Below, one piece after another: positions 1 through 10,378 of a stretch of DNA of 64,000 nucleotides; within the stretch, counting starts at the first letter, position 1; the number at the start of each line of letters is the position of its first letter. Made by a program: the position numbers and the translations under genes. The notes beneath the pieces are model-generated. The model worked only from the letters and a program-made list of their open reading frames with translations, made no database searches and was not told the DNA's origin. The stretch is from the IMG/VR virus record IMGVR_UViG_3300028534_000028, positions 1,124 through 65,123 of that record, one strand, 5' to 3'. Source of the stretch: a virus.

Positions 1-1
1 C

Positions 2-229
2 TTTGGTAATTATAGATTTGATTTTTATCTAGAAGATTTAAATACTGTTATTGAGTACGATGGAAAACAACATTTCGAACCGGTAAATTATTTTGGCGGT
101 TTAGAAGGATTCTTAAAGACTCAAGAACGAGATAAAATTAAAACAGAGTATTGTTTAGAGAATAATATAAGAATTATTCGAATAGCATATTTTGAAGAAG
201 TTGAAAAAATATTAAAGGAAATAAAATGA
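2..229 (+). CDS. C-terminal part of PD-(D/E)XK (Vsr/DUF559-like) homing-type endonuclease, 5'-truncated by the window edge
   Basis: Frame 2 reads FGNYRFDFYLEDLNTVIEYDGKQHFEPVNYFGGLEGFLKTQERDKIK..., nearly identical to the C-termini of the 10379 and 63473 ORFs; ATGA overlap with queD. Confidence 0.85.
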   Translation, partial: FGNYRFDFYLEDLNTVIEYDGKQHFEPVNYFGGLEGFLKTQERDKIKTEYCLENNIRIIRIAYFEEVEKILKEIK

Positions 230-837
230 TAATTAGAAAATTATTTAAATTTGAGGGAGCGCATATCGTTAGAAACTGCTCATCGATTAGATGTAAAAAA
301 AGTATTCATGGTCATAGCTATGTGGTAGAGGTTTTTTTTACTTCTTGTGGTTTAGATAATGGTCAAATGGTTATGGATTTTGGGTTAATGAAGGGAAATA
401 TTAAAGATTTAATTGATTCTTTCGATCACGCATATTCTATGTGGGATAAAGAATCAGAGGAATTTAAAAAATTTATGATCAATAATTCAGAAAGATATAT
501 TACTATGCCAGTTTCCCCATCGGCAGAAGCATATGCTTTAATGTTTTTAATGCTCGTGGATAAAGTGGTTAAAGCTACTGAATTTAATAATGGAGAAGTA
601 AATGTAGAGGTAACTTCGGTTAAAGTACATGAAACTGTTACTGGATATGCAGAAGCCTTTAAAGAAGATTTAGATCCTTCTAAATTCAAACATGAACCTT
701 TTAAATTAGAAGATATTAAATTTTCACAAGGTATTATGAATGAATGGAAAGATCCAGACATGTATAATAAATTAATAGAAGCTGATAAAAATGGAACTAA
801 ATGTTTTATTAATGAGGCTGTAGAACAACAGGTTTAA
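226..837 (+). CDS. queD: 6-carboxytetrahydropterin synthase (long, Campylobacterota-type)
   Basis: FKFEGAHIVRNC...SIHGHSY zinc ligands, DFGLMK, DSFDH, PSAE, VHET motifs. Confidence 0.9.
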   Translation: MIIRKLFKFEGAHIVRNCSSIRCKKSIHGHSYVVEVFFTSCGLDNGQMVMDFGLMKGNIKDLIDSFDHAYSMWDKESEEFKKFMINNSERYITMPVSPSAEAYALMFLMLVDKVVKATEFNNGEVNVEVTSVKVHETVTGYAEAFKEDLDPSKFKHEPFKLEDIKFSQGIMNEWKDPDMYNKLIEADKNGTKCFINEAVEQQV

Positions 838-839
838 TT

Positions 840-1760
840 ATGACTAAGACTCAATTAAAGAAACTTGAAACTCAGAAAAATAAATTAAAACGATCTCAAA
901 AAAAGAAAGTTAATATTTATAAAGAGTTGGATGCTTATTTATACAATAGTGTCCCTCTCTCAGATGAGGCTTTAAGTTCTAAAACGGCTTTTAGAACAGC
1001 GGTTACTTATTTATTTGAATCTTTAATGAAAATGCCTTTGATATCTATGTACTTAGATAAACATCTTAATGGAAAAGTTGAAGGATTGATGTCTCATGAT
1101 CCATACCAAATACTTGAATTTTATAAAAAATTAATTCAAGAAAATGGTATTAAAGCTTATCAATTGTATAAATTTTTTCCTAATAGAACTTATCAAACTT
1201 CTATAAATACTTTAATTTCTAAAAAAGGTTATACAGTTAGAGAAGCTAAAGAATATTATATAAATAGAAAAGTTGTTAATCCTTTGGAATTAAATGCATT
1301 GTTAGAAAATAAAGCTACTAAAAAATCAGAGGATATGGAAATAATTAATAAAGTTATTTCTGAAGGATTAGTATTTGAAAAAAGAAAATCCGAATCGTCG
1401 GAAAATATAGTAGAAATTGAACAAGAATCCAATAATATAATAGAAAATGATTTATTTATTACTCAAATGAATGGAGAAATTATTAAACGGCTTGGATTAA
1501 CTTTATTTGATATAGCAGTGCTTAGAAAATCAAATGAATTTTTATATACTTTTATAGATTCTAAAAATAAAAAAAGATATTATAAAGAACCATTTAAAGT
1601 GGAATTTTTTATAAATCTTAAAACTGGAGTACTTAATAATAATTATATTGAGGACGTTTCTGAAAATTTTCAAAAATATATTATTACCGATATTCAAGAT
1701 TTAAGTTCTTTAAAATTTTTATTAAGTAAAATATACAAACAATTTATGAAAGATATATAA
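840..1760 (+). CDS. hypothetical protein
   Basis: 306 aa ORF in tightly packed operon. Confidence 0.7.
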   Translation: MTKTQLKKLETQKNKLKRSQKKKVNIYKELDAYLYNSVPLSDEALSSKTAFRTAVTYLFESLMKMPLISMYLDKHLNGKVEGLMSHDPYQILEFYKKLIQENGIKAYQLYKFFPNRTYQTSINTLISKKGYTVREAKEYYINRKVVNPLELNALLENKATKKSEDMEIINKVISEGLVFEKRKSESSENIVEIEQESNNIIENDLFITQMNGEIIKRLGLTLFDIAVLRKSNEFLYTFIDSKNKKRYYKEPFKVEFFINLKTGVLNNNYIEDVSENFQKYIITDIQDLSSLKFLLSKIYKQFMKDI

Positions 1761-1769
1761 GGTTGGGAT

Positions 1770-2270
1770 ATGGCAGATAATGAAACTTCGGAATGGATGG
1801 GTTTTGATTTAGCAAATGAAAAAAAATATGCTTTATTAATTAAAAAATTAGAATTCTTAATTCGTAAGAGTATTCAATATGATATTTGGCAAAAACGATC
1901 TAAGATTGGGATACAGGAATGTCCAATATGTATGGAATCAATGTATTATTTAAAACCAGAATCTCATCATTTCCCAGAAACCTTGTTTGATGTGGTTGAT
2001 AATATTTTACAACATCACATACATGAAAATGATTTAGATTCTTTAAATGAATTAGATATAGTTCAAGAAGTACTATCAAAACACAATACAAATAATATAA
2101 ATTATATAGTTTTATGTAAACAATGTCATGAAAAATATCATGATGATGTTCCAGATACTGTTAAGGAAATGCCAGAAGCGTTTGCTAAGCAAAAGAAGGA
2201 CAGATATGATTACAGACATAAAAATATAAATAATCAGACCAGTGAAAAAGGAGAAAAATTAAATGAGTGA
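1770..2270 (+). CDS. HNH-fold zinc-binding protein
   Basis: CPIC...SHHFP...LCKQCHEKYH pattern. Confidence 0.6.
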   Translation: MADNETSEWMGFDLANEKKYALLIKKLEFLIRKSIQYDIWQKRSKIGIQECPICMESMYYLKPESHHFPETLFDVVDNILQHHIHENDLDSLNELDIVQEVLSKHNTNNINYIVLCKQCHEKYHDDVPDTVKEMPEAFAKQKKDRYDYRHKNINNQTSEKGEKLNE

Positions 2271-2724
2271 TAACTCAAATAAAAATGATAATTTAGTTTT
2301 AGAATTTTTAGAATCCGATGAAGCAAAATTATTTTTTCCAAATCAAAAAATCATATATACTTCGTTTAATTTTCCAGAAATTATTATTCAAACTATTCGT
2401 GATCAAGATGAAGATATTTTTAAACAAGATCCGTATAGTAAAGATATAATTGTTATAGAATATAAAATTCTTCCAAATTATATTGCTGATCCAAATTATG
2501 TTGGTCCGGCAGAATACTCCAATGATTCTAAAGTTATTGATGAAAAGAATCCGTTTACTTTAGCAATAAAAAGTGATTTGGTTAATCCCGGAAATGGTTT
2601 AGACGATAAATTAGAATGGGAATATTTGGAAAATTTTAAAAAAATCTTTATTAAATTATTAGAATTAATTTTTACTAATTTAAATGAAGAAGATTTAAAA
2701 AAATTAAAAAATAAGGAAGAATAA
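2263..2724 (+). CDS. hypothetical protein
   Basis: 153 aa ORF, SD GGAG, overlaps neighbours. Confidence 0.65.
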   Translation: MSDNSNKNDNLVLEFLESDEAKLFFPNQKIIYTSFNFPEIIIQTIRDQDEDIFKQDPYSKDIIVIEYKILPNYIADPNYVGPAEYSNDSKVIDEKNPFTLAIKSDLVNPGNGLDDKLEWEYLENFKKIFIKLLELIFTNLNEEDLKKLKNKEE

Positions 2725-3476
2725 TGCAAACGGAACAAGATAAAGTAAAAAAAGCTTTAAATGAATTAGATAACAGTGAGAAAAGTATTATTGAAGCCGA
2801 TCTTAATAATATTGAATCATTTTCAGCTCATGAAAATATGGAATTAAGTGTTCCGTATAGAGCAGTTATGACAGAACAAGTAGCTGAAAAATTAAAAGAA
2901 GTTTTTGATTTAATGAAACTGGATCATATGAATGATCCAAATCTTAAAGATACTCCAATGAGAGTAGCTAGTATGTGGATTAATGAATTAATGGTTGGTA
3001 GATATCAAACCAAACCACGTATGGAAAGTTTTCCACTTCAATTTGGAGGTAATGGTGTAGCTGTAGATGACAAAGAAATTAATACGGATATGATGATATC
3101 TAAGAAAGTTGATGTTCGTTCGTTATGTTCTCATCATTTAGCACCTTTTCATGATGTGGCTTCCGATAGTAGTTCTTATGCAGTGATTGCTTATATTCCA
3201 ACTAACCGATTACTTGGAATTAGTAAATTACAAAGACTTATTAATTGGTATGGTGCTAGACCACATCTTCAGGAACAATTAACTTACCAAATCTACAAAG
3301 AGATTTGCGACACTATTGGATCTGATAATGTTTACGTAGCATTTAAAAATATCGAACACACATGTGAAAGTCTTAGAGGTGTAAAATCAAATTCTGGTAG
3401 AACAAGTACAACACAGTATGGTGGAGTATTTAAAAATCCTGAATTAAGAAAAGAAGCTTTATTACAAGCACTTTAG
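2724..3476 (+). CDS. folE: GTP cyclohydrolase I
   Basis: DTPMRVA, SLCSHHLAPF, LLGISKLQR, RPHLQEQLT, HTCESLRGV motifs. Confidence 0.95.
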   Translation: MQTEQDKVKKALNELDNSEKSIIEADLNNIESFSAHENMELSVPYRAVMTEQVAEKLKEVFDLMKLDHMNDPNLKDTPMRVASMWINELMVGRYQTKPRMESFPLQFGGNGVAVDDKEINTDMMISKKVDVRSLCSHHLAPFHDVASDSSSYAVIAYIPTNRLLGISKLQRLINWYGARPHLQEQLTYQIYKEICDTIGSDNVYVAFKNIEHTCESLRGVKSNSGRTSTTQYGGVFKNPELRKEALLQAL

Positions 3477-3502
3477 AGTTATCCGGAAATTCCGGATAAC
3501 TC
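3476..3502. terminator. perfect 13-bp inverted repeat directly after the folE stop
   Basis: GAGTTATCCGGAA-A-TTCCGGATAACTC; no T tract, so terminator role is uncertain. Confidence 0.5.
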
Positions 3503-3525
3503 AATAAATATAAAAAGGAAATATT

Positions 3526-3699
3526 ATGACGGATGATATTAAACAAGTTCTGGAATATATTATCGAAACGGAAGATCCTTATGGATTAAAACCAGAAACA
3601 TTATATGAAAATATAAAAAATAGTATTGGTACTCCAGAATCTTTAGCAGAGATTTTTGGAGTACCAATTGATCTTGTCGTTAAAATTAAGGAAGATTAA
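3526..3699 (+). CDS. small hypothetical protein (57 aa, not in ORF track)
   Basis: SD AAGGA, MTDDIKQVLEYIIETEDP...KIKED*. Confidence 0.65.
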   Translation: MTDDIKQVLEYIIETEDPYGLKPETLYENIKNSIGTPESLAEIFGVPIDLVVKIKED

Positions 3700-3700
3700 A

Positions 3701-3883
3701 ATGAAAAAACTTAAAGTATATATTGGGGAAGGAAATTTAACTTTTCAAGAACAGATAGATGAGTGTGAGAAGTATTATAATGTCTTAAAAGATATGTACT
3801 CGAAAGTAAAATTAATAAATATGCAACTCAATAATAATTTAAACGTTTTGGGTTATTTTGAATATTTTATAGAGGATGAGTAA
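3701..3883 (+). CDS. hypothetical protein
   Basis: Internal ATG with SD AGGAAG; ORF-track start 3656 overlaps the previous gene. Confidence 0.55.
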   Translation: MKKLKVYIGEGNLTFQEQIDECEKYYNVLKDMYSKVKLINMQLNNNLNVLGYFEYFIEDE

Positions 3884-4261
3884 ATGGATATCGAAGATGG
3901 TTTTAAAATAACTGTACCACATGAAGATATGGATAAATTATATCCATTAGGAGCATATACTATAATTGTTCTAAAAACTGGTGAAGTAGTTATTCAAGGA
4001 TTAAGCGTTTTTAGTATAAATAATGCAAAAATTGGTACGGTTGGAGTACTTCCTATTGATCAAGATATAATTTCAACTATTGAGGATTACCCATTTGAAA
4101 ATAATTTGGACATAGTTTATAGAGTTGATTTTTCTAAAAGAGCTTGGTATTTTAAAAATAAGAGTACTGCTTTTAGTTTAATGAATACCATTTTAGAAGT
4201 AAAAGAAATTGCTTTATGGCAAAAAAGAAATAAAATAAAATTTGAGGAAGATAAAAAATGA
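3884..4261 (+). CDS. hypothetical protein
   Basis: 125 aa ORF, coupled. Confidence 0.65.
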   Translation: MDIEDGFKITVPHEDMDKLYPLGAYTIIVLKTGEVVIQGLSVFSINNAKIGTVGVLPIDQDIISTIEDYPFENNLDIVYRVDFSKRAWYFKNKSTAFSLMNTILEVKEIALWQKRNKIKFEEDKK

Positions 4262-4803
4262 TTTTTACGTGTGTAAATCCAAATTGTAGGGCTAAGTTTA
4301 TGGAAGAAGAAGCGGTGGAAAAAGAAGGAGAATTATGTTGTCCAGAATGCTATACCCCAGTTGCTAAAATCAAAGAAGTTGATTTAGGTTCAGAAGAACC
4401 GGGGTTAAAATCGGGTATTGAAGTTCAACCAGAATATGTGGTTGGTGCTAGAAAATTAAACGTTCCAAAAGAAGATAAAAAGGAGGATGGTATATCAATA
4501 GAGGAAACTTCCACAATCGTGGAAGAACTAGACGATAATAAAGAATCCTTAAAAGGTTGTCATGATTTAGATGACGATGAAATTAATAGAATCGTTGCGG
4601 AATATCGTGATGAATTAATTTCTCAAAATTCTATTCTTGATGAAAAAGATATTCAAAAACTGGTTGATGAAAAAGAAGCCGATCTCAGATTTAATATGAC
4701 TAAAGCCACAAATTCAATTTTACGTGGGCAACAATGGTTATTAAATCGTGGTTTCGATGAAACTGAGTACAGTGTGCTTGGTATGTTTGACCGATTCTGC
4801 TAA
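4258..4803 (+). CDS. zinc-ribbon protein with acidic C-terminal region
   Basis: CVNPNC...CPEC at N-terminus. Confidence 0.65.
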   Translation: MIFTCVNPNCRAKFMEEEAVEKEGELCCPECYTPVAKIKEVDLGSEEPGLKSGIEVQPEYVVGARKLNVPKEDKKEDGISIEETSTIVEELDDNKESLKGCHDLDDDEINRIVAEYRDELISQNSILDEKDIQKLVDEKEADLRFNMTKATNSILRGQQWLLNRGFDETEYSVLGMFDRFC

Positions 4804-4812
4804 GGAGAAATT

Positions 4813-5025
4813 ATGTCATATGCTAGTACAGGAGATGGGAATTTAGCTGCTCTTCAAAAATATGAAAAAAAAATAGAAAAAGCTGAAAGAAATTACGCAG
4901 CTTTTGAAACAGCGATTGAAGAGGCTGGTATAGAAACAGAACTAGAAAAATTAATATCTAGTTTTAATTCTATAGCAGAAGATTTTAATATTATGGAAGA
5001 CTTTGACGAGTACTTCTCAAGATAG
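4813..5025 (+). CDS. hypothetical protein
   Basis: 70 aa, SD AAGGAG. Confidence 0.6.
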   Translation: MSYASTGDGNLAALQKYEKKIEKAERNYAAFETAIEEAGIETELEKLISSFNSIAEDFNIMEDFDEYFSR

Positions 5026-5033
5026 GAGATACA

Positions 5034-5270
5034 ATGAGTGAAGAATTAGAAGAATATAAATTTCCAGAAACTGGAATTTATCTAAGGGTTAAACGTGGTG
5101 AAAAATTCAATAACGTTCTTTTAGAAGATCTTACGAAAGAAGAACTTAAAGAATTATTCTTTACATTAGATGAAAATGGAAAATGTTCTAAAGATAATAT
5201 GGAAGAATGGATGTTTCCAGTTTTCGAATTACTTCAAAATATAAAAGCAGTTTATTTAAATGAACAATAA
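5034..5270 (+). CDS. hypothetical protein
   Basis: 78 aa, SD AGGAG. Confidence 0.6.
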   Translation: MSEELEEYKFPETGIYLRVKRGEKFNNVLLEDLTKEELKELFFTLDENGKCSKDNMEEWMFPVFELLQNIKAVYLNEQ

Positions 5271-5688
5271 AATTGCTATATATCTTGATGTAGATGGAGT
5301 ATTAAATCAATATGATACTAATCAACGTATTCATAGAAAGAAGAAACATGGTTGGAAAGGGATTATGGATCCTTTTCCAAAAAAAGTTCTTCGTTTAAAT
5401 AAATTAATTAAGAAGTACAATATCGATGTTTATTTATTCAGCGCTTGGCATACTGAGGAATTACAACAACATGTACCTTTTAAAATTAAAGGTGAATTAT
5501 ATAAACAAGATAAATTATTTGAAATTATGAAAGTTGATTACGATTTAAATATTTTAATTGATGATGAAGCAAGTCATTATAATGTACCAAAAGATTTTAA
5601 AATTATTCAACCGTATTATGAATATGGTTTAGTAAAAAGGGATTTCCAGAAATTAGAAAGGATTATAAATGGAATTCGAACTAACTGA
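5260..5688 (+). CDS. HAD-superfamily phosphatase (RNA-repair-associated HAD type)
   Basis: YLDVDGVLN motif I, FSAW motif II, LIDDE motif IV. Confidence 0.75.
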   Translation: MNNKIAIYLDVDGVLNQYDTNQRIHRKKKHGWKGIMDPFPKKVLRLNKLIKKYNIDVYLFSAWHTEELQQHVPFKIKGELYKQDKLFEIMKVDYDLNILIDDEASHYNVPKDFKIIQPYYEYGLVKRDFQKLERIINGIRTN

Positions 5689-6187
5689 ATTTGGTAGTTG
5701 TCAATACGGAAGTATTGTTGGTTACATGGAAGAATTTAAAGATAAACTTCCAGTATGGACAAAAACCGATTTATATAATATTGAAACTATTCATAAAAAT
5801 AAAGGAAGTATCGACGTTGATGGAAGTATTAAATTATCTTTTTCTAGTACAGTACTAAAAGAAGGAATAGTAAAGGATATTATAAATAATATTAAAAAAG
5901 AATTTCTTATAGCAGTAGAAGTTGATAAAGAATATTATGAACCAGAGGAATGTCAAAAATTTATAAACGATATAAATAATATATCGACGATAGAAAATTG
6001 TTATGAATATTGTCGCAGTAGATCTTGGGATTTATGGAGCACTAATGATTTTATTATGAATCAATTTTACAAACCGGATGGTGGTGGAGATTTTAGCGAT
6101 AATGATATGATAGCGATAAGTATTTTATGGATGTTAAAAAATAATATTGTCAAAAGCATGGATTGTTTTTATAATTTCTCTACGTAA
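5669..6187 (+). CDS. hypothetical protein
   Basis: 172 aa ORF. Confidence 0.65.
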   Translation: MEFELTEFGSCQYGSIVGYMEEFKDKLPVWTKTDLYNIETIHKNKGSIDVDGSIKLSFSSTVLKEGIVKDIINNIKKEFLIAVEVDKEYYEPEECQKFINDINNISTIENCYEYCRSRSWDLWSTNDFIMNQFYKPDGGGDFSDNDMIAISILWMLKNNIVKSMDCFYNFST

Positions 6188-6282
6188 ATTTATATAAGAA
6201 TCTCCAAATAGCAGATTTACAAATATTTGGAAAAAATATTTAAAATTAATTCCAATGATTTTAAAAGCAAAAGGAAATGATT

Positions 6283-6415
6283 ATGGATAAATTTGATGAA
6301 ATATCCACAGTTGATATAGATAATATATTAGATAGTCTTCCCACAAGATTTAATAAGTATTGAAAATTTGGAAAGATTGATAATTGAGTTAGAAATGATA
6401 TTGGAATGTCTTTGA
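6283..6415 (+). pseudogene. possible frameshifted small gene
   Basis: SD AAGGAA + MDKFDEIST...LDSLP; removing one C at 6340-6342 continues as QDLISIENLERLIIELEMILECL*. Confidence 0.35.
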
Positions 6416-6475
6416 AAAATAAACAGGATACTGTATCAATTCTAAACAATTTTTAAACATAGCAAAAGGAAAAAA

Positions 6476-7360
6476 ATGAAAGAATTTGCAAATGTACTTG
6501 GAATACATTATTCTAAACCAGAAGTATTTTTATTAAATGAAAATGGTATTGGAGCAGCAGAATACGCTGGGAGAATAGCTTATGATAGTTTCGAATACAG
6601 CGAAAATGATGAAATTCGAGAATTAAACGATCTCAGTGTTTTATTAACCAAAGGTGAAGATGTTTCCCAAGTTTTACCAAGAGTAAAAAATAAGGTGCAT
6701 TCGATTGAATCTTCTGAATTGCTTGATAGTCTAGCTTGGGTTTATCATCACCATAGTGTTATAGAACATTCTGTTTTAACGTTTGTTATTCTTGGTACTT
6801 CGAGAGGGGTTTTACAAGAAATTGCCCGTCATAGAATCGCTAGTCTTACCGTAAGAAGTACTCGTTATACAATGCATTCGTTATTAATAGCTTTTTTAAT
6901 AAGTTTAAAAACTCAAAGACCAATGGCGATATTTCGGGAATTGGTACTTTCTTTAGATATGTTTGTAACCGACAAAATCTATAATACTCTAGAGATAGAT
7001 GGAATGTTTAATAAGTTGTTGTATCAATATGATCAAGATAACGACGCTTTTATTCAGGCCTGTTTATCTAAGGAAGCTTTAAAAGAATATTCTAAAATTG
7101 ATTTCGCTTCTGATTATAAATTAACTTTCGAAACATTTAAAAATTTTAAAAAGAAAAGAAATGTCGGTGATCCATTCAAACATCTTGTTACAGATAATTG
7201 GAAAACTGATTTGGTAATGACAGTAAATCTTAGAAGTTTAAAAAACTTTTTCGAACTTCGTGATTCTGGAGCAGCTTATTTTTTAATAAAAGAATTAGCT
7301 AAAAAAATGAAAAAAGTAACTCCAAAAAAATATTTGAAATTAATGGTAAAAGAACATTAA
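6476..7360 (+). CDS. thyX: flavin-dependent thymidylate synthase
   Basis: HHSVIEH, RHR-IASLTVR-STR (RHRx7SxR), MTVNLRSL motifs. Confidence 0.92.
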   Translation: MKEFANVLGIHYSKPEVFLLNENGIGAAEYAGRIAYDSFEYSENDEIRELNDLSVLLTKGEDVSQVLPRVKNKVHSIESSELLDSLAWVYHHHSVIEHSVLTFVILGTSRGVLQEIARHRIASLTVRSTRYTMHSLLIAFLISLKTQRPMAIFRELVLSLDMFVTDKIYNTLEIDGMFNKLLYQYDQDNDAFIQACLSKEALKEYSKIDFASDYKLTFETFKNFKKKRNVGDPFKHLVTDNWKTDLVMTVNLRSLKNFFELRDSGAAYFLIKELAKKMKKVTPKKYLKLMVKEH

Positions 7361-7671
7361 CTTTAAAAATATTTGGTAATTGCCGTTTTAATTTATTTTT
7401 TAATCGGATTATACCCAAATTCCTAGGCACCGAATTTAATATAATGATATTCTCAACTATATATTAATTATTAATAATTAGCCGCAAAATACTAAAGTTA
7501 TTACAAATATAATAATTAAATTAATATTAAATACTATAATAAATTAATATTAATAAATAAAATTACAATGCAGGTATTTTATATGTGAATTTCAGCCATG
7601 TATAGTTCGATAACGATTCAATGAGAAAAAAATAGAATCGTTTTTAAACTTTAAATTAAAAAGGAGTAATA

Positions 7672-7929
7672 TTGCCATATATTAAAAAAGAAGATCGTTT
7701 TGAAGCCTCAGATTCTCCAAAAAATGCAGGAGAGTTAAATTATGCAATTACTATTTTAATACAAAAGTATCTTCATAAAAATGGATTAAATTATCAACAT
7801 ATTAATGATGTCGTTGGAGCTCTCGAAGGAGCTAAAGCCGAATTTCAAAGACGAGTGGTTAACCCATATGAGGATACTAAAATTAAAGAAAATAATGATG
7901 TATATTCGAAAATATTTTTAGGAAAATAA
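7672..7929 (+). CDS. conserved small helical phage protein (DUF6899-like)
   Basis: TTG start with SD AAGGAG; MPYI...GELNYAIT...GALEGAKAEF.RRVV.PYED.KI..N.DVY. Confidence 0.65.
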   Translation: MPYIKKEDRFEASDSPKNAGELNYAITILIQKYLHKNGLNYQHINDVVGALEGAKAEFQRRVVNPYEDTKIKENNDVYSKIFLGK

Positions 7930-7930
7930 A

Positions 7931-9055
7931 ATGGATGTAGAAATCTTTAAAAAAGAATTTATTTTTATATTGCGAGGAAAAGAAACCATAAATATTCAAA
8001 AAGTCAATAAAAAATTAATTTTAGAATTTCCAAATATTTATAAAAAGATTTTAGATTATACCAAAGATTTTAATATTCATCCAGAATTAAATAATCTTGG
8101 TACTCTTTGCAAATTATGGTTTTATAAATTACCTAATCCAATTTGTAAAGAATGTGGAAAACCTATTAAGAAATTAGATAGATTATTTTGCTGTATTCAA
8201 TGTAGAAATAAAAATAAGGAACTGATAGAAATTTCTAAAAAAAGTTCTATTGAAAAGTATGGAGTATCACATTATTCAAAAACTACGGAATTTCGAGAAA
8301 AAATAAAAGAAATAACTCCATTTAAAAATAAAGATAAGATTAAAGAAGCCATTTTTAAAAAATATGGAGTTTATAATGTTTCTAAAATTCCGGAAATTAA
8401 AGAAAAAAGTACGAAAACATTTATAAAAAATTTTAGAAAAACGAATAATATTTCGAAAGAAAAGTTTTTAGAATTTAAAAATAATGATTTTTTAGATTTC
8501 GAAGGATTAGCTAATCGTTATAATTGGAGTCATCTTTCTTTATCTCAACCTAGAAAATGGGCTAAAAAATTAGAAATAGATTATAATAATCGTACAAATA
8601 CTTCTGTAAAAGAAAGAGAAATACTGTCTTTTATAAAAGATAATTATTCAGGTAAAATAATTACAAATGATAGAAACATTCTAAATGGTTTAGAATTAGA
8701 TATATATTTACCTGAATTAAAATTAGCTTTTGAATATAATGGTTTATATTGGCATAGTTATGGTTTAAATAATATTTCTAAAAAACAGAATGATATGGAA
8801 TTTCAGAAAAATCGACATTTGGATAAAATAATTAAATGTTCTAAAAGAGATATCGAATTAATTCATATTTTTGAAAATCAACTGTACGAAGACTTAATTT
8901 TAACCAAAATTAAGTCTTCTAGGCAATTTTCAAAGTTTGAATTAAAATGTTATAAATATAAAAATAATGATATAAGCGAAGCTTTCGAAATATTAATACC
9001 AAAATATTTATCAGAACATTATAGAATAATTTGGATTCCGGAGGAAATAAGGTGA
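7931..9055 (+). CDS. homing-type endonuclease with Zn finger, KYGV repeats and C-terminal PD-(D/E)XK domain
   Basis: CKECGK...CCIQC, two KYGV repeats, ELDIYLPELKLAFEYNGLYWHS. Confidence 0.8.
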   Translation: MDVEIFKKEFIFILRGKETINIQKVNKKLILEFPNIYKKILDYTKDFNIHPELNNLGTLCKLWFYKLPNPICKECGKPIKKLDRLFCCIQCRNKNKELIEISKKSSIEKYGVSHYSKTTEFREKIKEITPFKNKDKIKEAIFKKYGVYNVSKIPEIKEKSTKTFIKNFRKTNNISKEKFLEFKNNDFLDFEGLANRYNWSHLSLSQPRKWAKKLEIDYNNRTNTSVKEREILSFIKDNYSGKIITNDRNILNGLELDIYLPELKLAFEYNGLYWHSYGLNNISKKQNDMEFQKNRHLDKIIKCSKRDIELIHIFENQLYEDLILTKIKSSRQFSKFELKCYKYKNNDISEAFEILIPKYLSEHYRIIWIPEEIR

Positions 9056-10365
9056 ATATAGAAATTCCTAAAAAAATATTAAAAGAAAATAGTTGGCATA
9101 TTAAAGTAATGGGTGCTTATGTTCAGAATCCTGTTCCAGGTATTTATGGATTAGAAATTGATACTTTAATTAATTCAACGGATGCGGCAGCTCTATATCC
9201 AACAAGTACCGTTTATTCTAATATTTCTCCTGAAACGATTTTCGGAAGAATATATGATTCAAGTACAATTCAAAATTTTATAGGATTAATGGACAAGATT
9301 TTTCTTATGAAAAGTAAGGGTCAGACACCATCTCAAATTAAAACTTTGGTTATACCAAGTTTTAAATCAGCCATGTTACAATTACTAAAAAATTATAGTA
9401 CTCAACATAACGTTAAAAATAAAAAAGAAGCTGAATTAGTAACCACAGAATATTATTGTGAATTATTAAGTAAGTTAATTAATTACAATGGAAAATTAGA
9501 GGATATCTATACACCAAAAGATGATAAAACATATTATCTTTTGAGAAGTTGTTTCTTTCCCCTAATTGAAAGTATATCTTGGTTAAGTCCACAAAATAAA
9601 GGATTTAGCCAAATTACAATTGATTATATTTTTTATCCAGAATTATTTGAAACTAAATACCAAACTCAAAAAAGTTATTTATTTACGGATTACAATTCTG
9701 TAAATATTAATTTTAAAATTCTAGATAAAGAAGAATTAGTAAATAATTATTTTCAAAATTATTTACTAAATTCTTATGGTACTTTATTTTATAAACATTC
9801 TGAAAAACTAGCTTTTGAAGTTCAATTAATTATTGACGGATTGGCGGAAAGAAGAATTGTTAAAAATAAAATGCTAGTATTAGACGCGATTATAGCTAAA
9901 TTTAATTCATGTCCAAGTATTAAAAAAATATTTAAACATAGTATTGAATTTTTAGATGAAGAAATAGCGAATAATATTTTAACAGAAATAGAAGACGATC
10001 AGCCAAGACAAAAAAGAATACAATCTTTAATAAATATCGATTTCGAAGGAAAATCTTTTAACGATTCGGATAAATTATTAACTTATTTAAATATCAGAAA
10101 AGATCAATTTAATAGTAATCAAAATGGTATTAAAGTAAGTCTTAATAGTGGTTATGGAATTCTTGGAATGATTTCTTATGAATTCAGTGATCCATTATCA
10201 GCAAACAGTATTACAAATGCTGGAAAAATATTTGGAATTAAAGTTTTCCAAACAGTAAGCGCTTGGGTAATGGAATTATATGAAGAAAAATTAAAAGAAT
10301 GTGATGAAAGTAATAATTGGCTTGATCCAGAATGGGTCGATTTAAAATTATTAGAAGTTGCTTAA
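9052..10365 (+). CDS. family B DNA polymerase fragment (motifs A and B only)
   Basis: GTG start with SD GGAGG; GAYVQNPVPGIY, DAAALYPT (motif A), KVSLNSGYG (motif B); no exonuclease motifs and no YGDTDS. Confidence 0.85.
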   Translation: MNIEIPKKILKENSWHIKVMGAYVQNPVPGIYGLEIDTLINSTDAAALYPTSTVYSNISPETIFGRIYDSSTIQNFIGLMDKIFLMKSKGQTPSQIKTLVIPSFKSAMLQLLKNYSTQHNVKNKKEAELVTTEYYCELLSKLINYNGKLEDIYTPKDDKTYYLLRSCFFPLIESISWLSPQNKGFSQITIDYIFYPELFETKYQTQKSYLFTDYNSVNINFKILDKEELVNNYFQNYLLNSYGTLFYKHSEKLAFEVQLIIDGLAERRIVKNKMLVLDAIIAKFNSCPSIKKIFKHSIEFLDEEIANNILTEIEDDQPRQKRIQSLINIDFEGKSFNDSDKLLTYLNIRKDQFNSNQNGIKVSLNSGYGILGMISYEFSDPLSANSITNAGKIFGIKVFQTVSAWVMELYEEKLKECDESNNWLDPEWVDLKLLEVA

Positions 10366-10378
10366 GATTGGAGAAATT

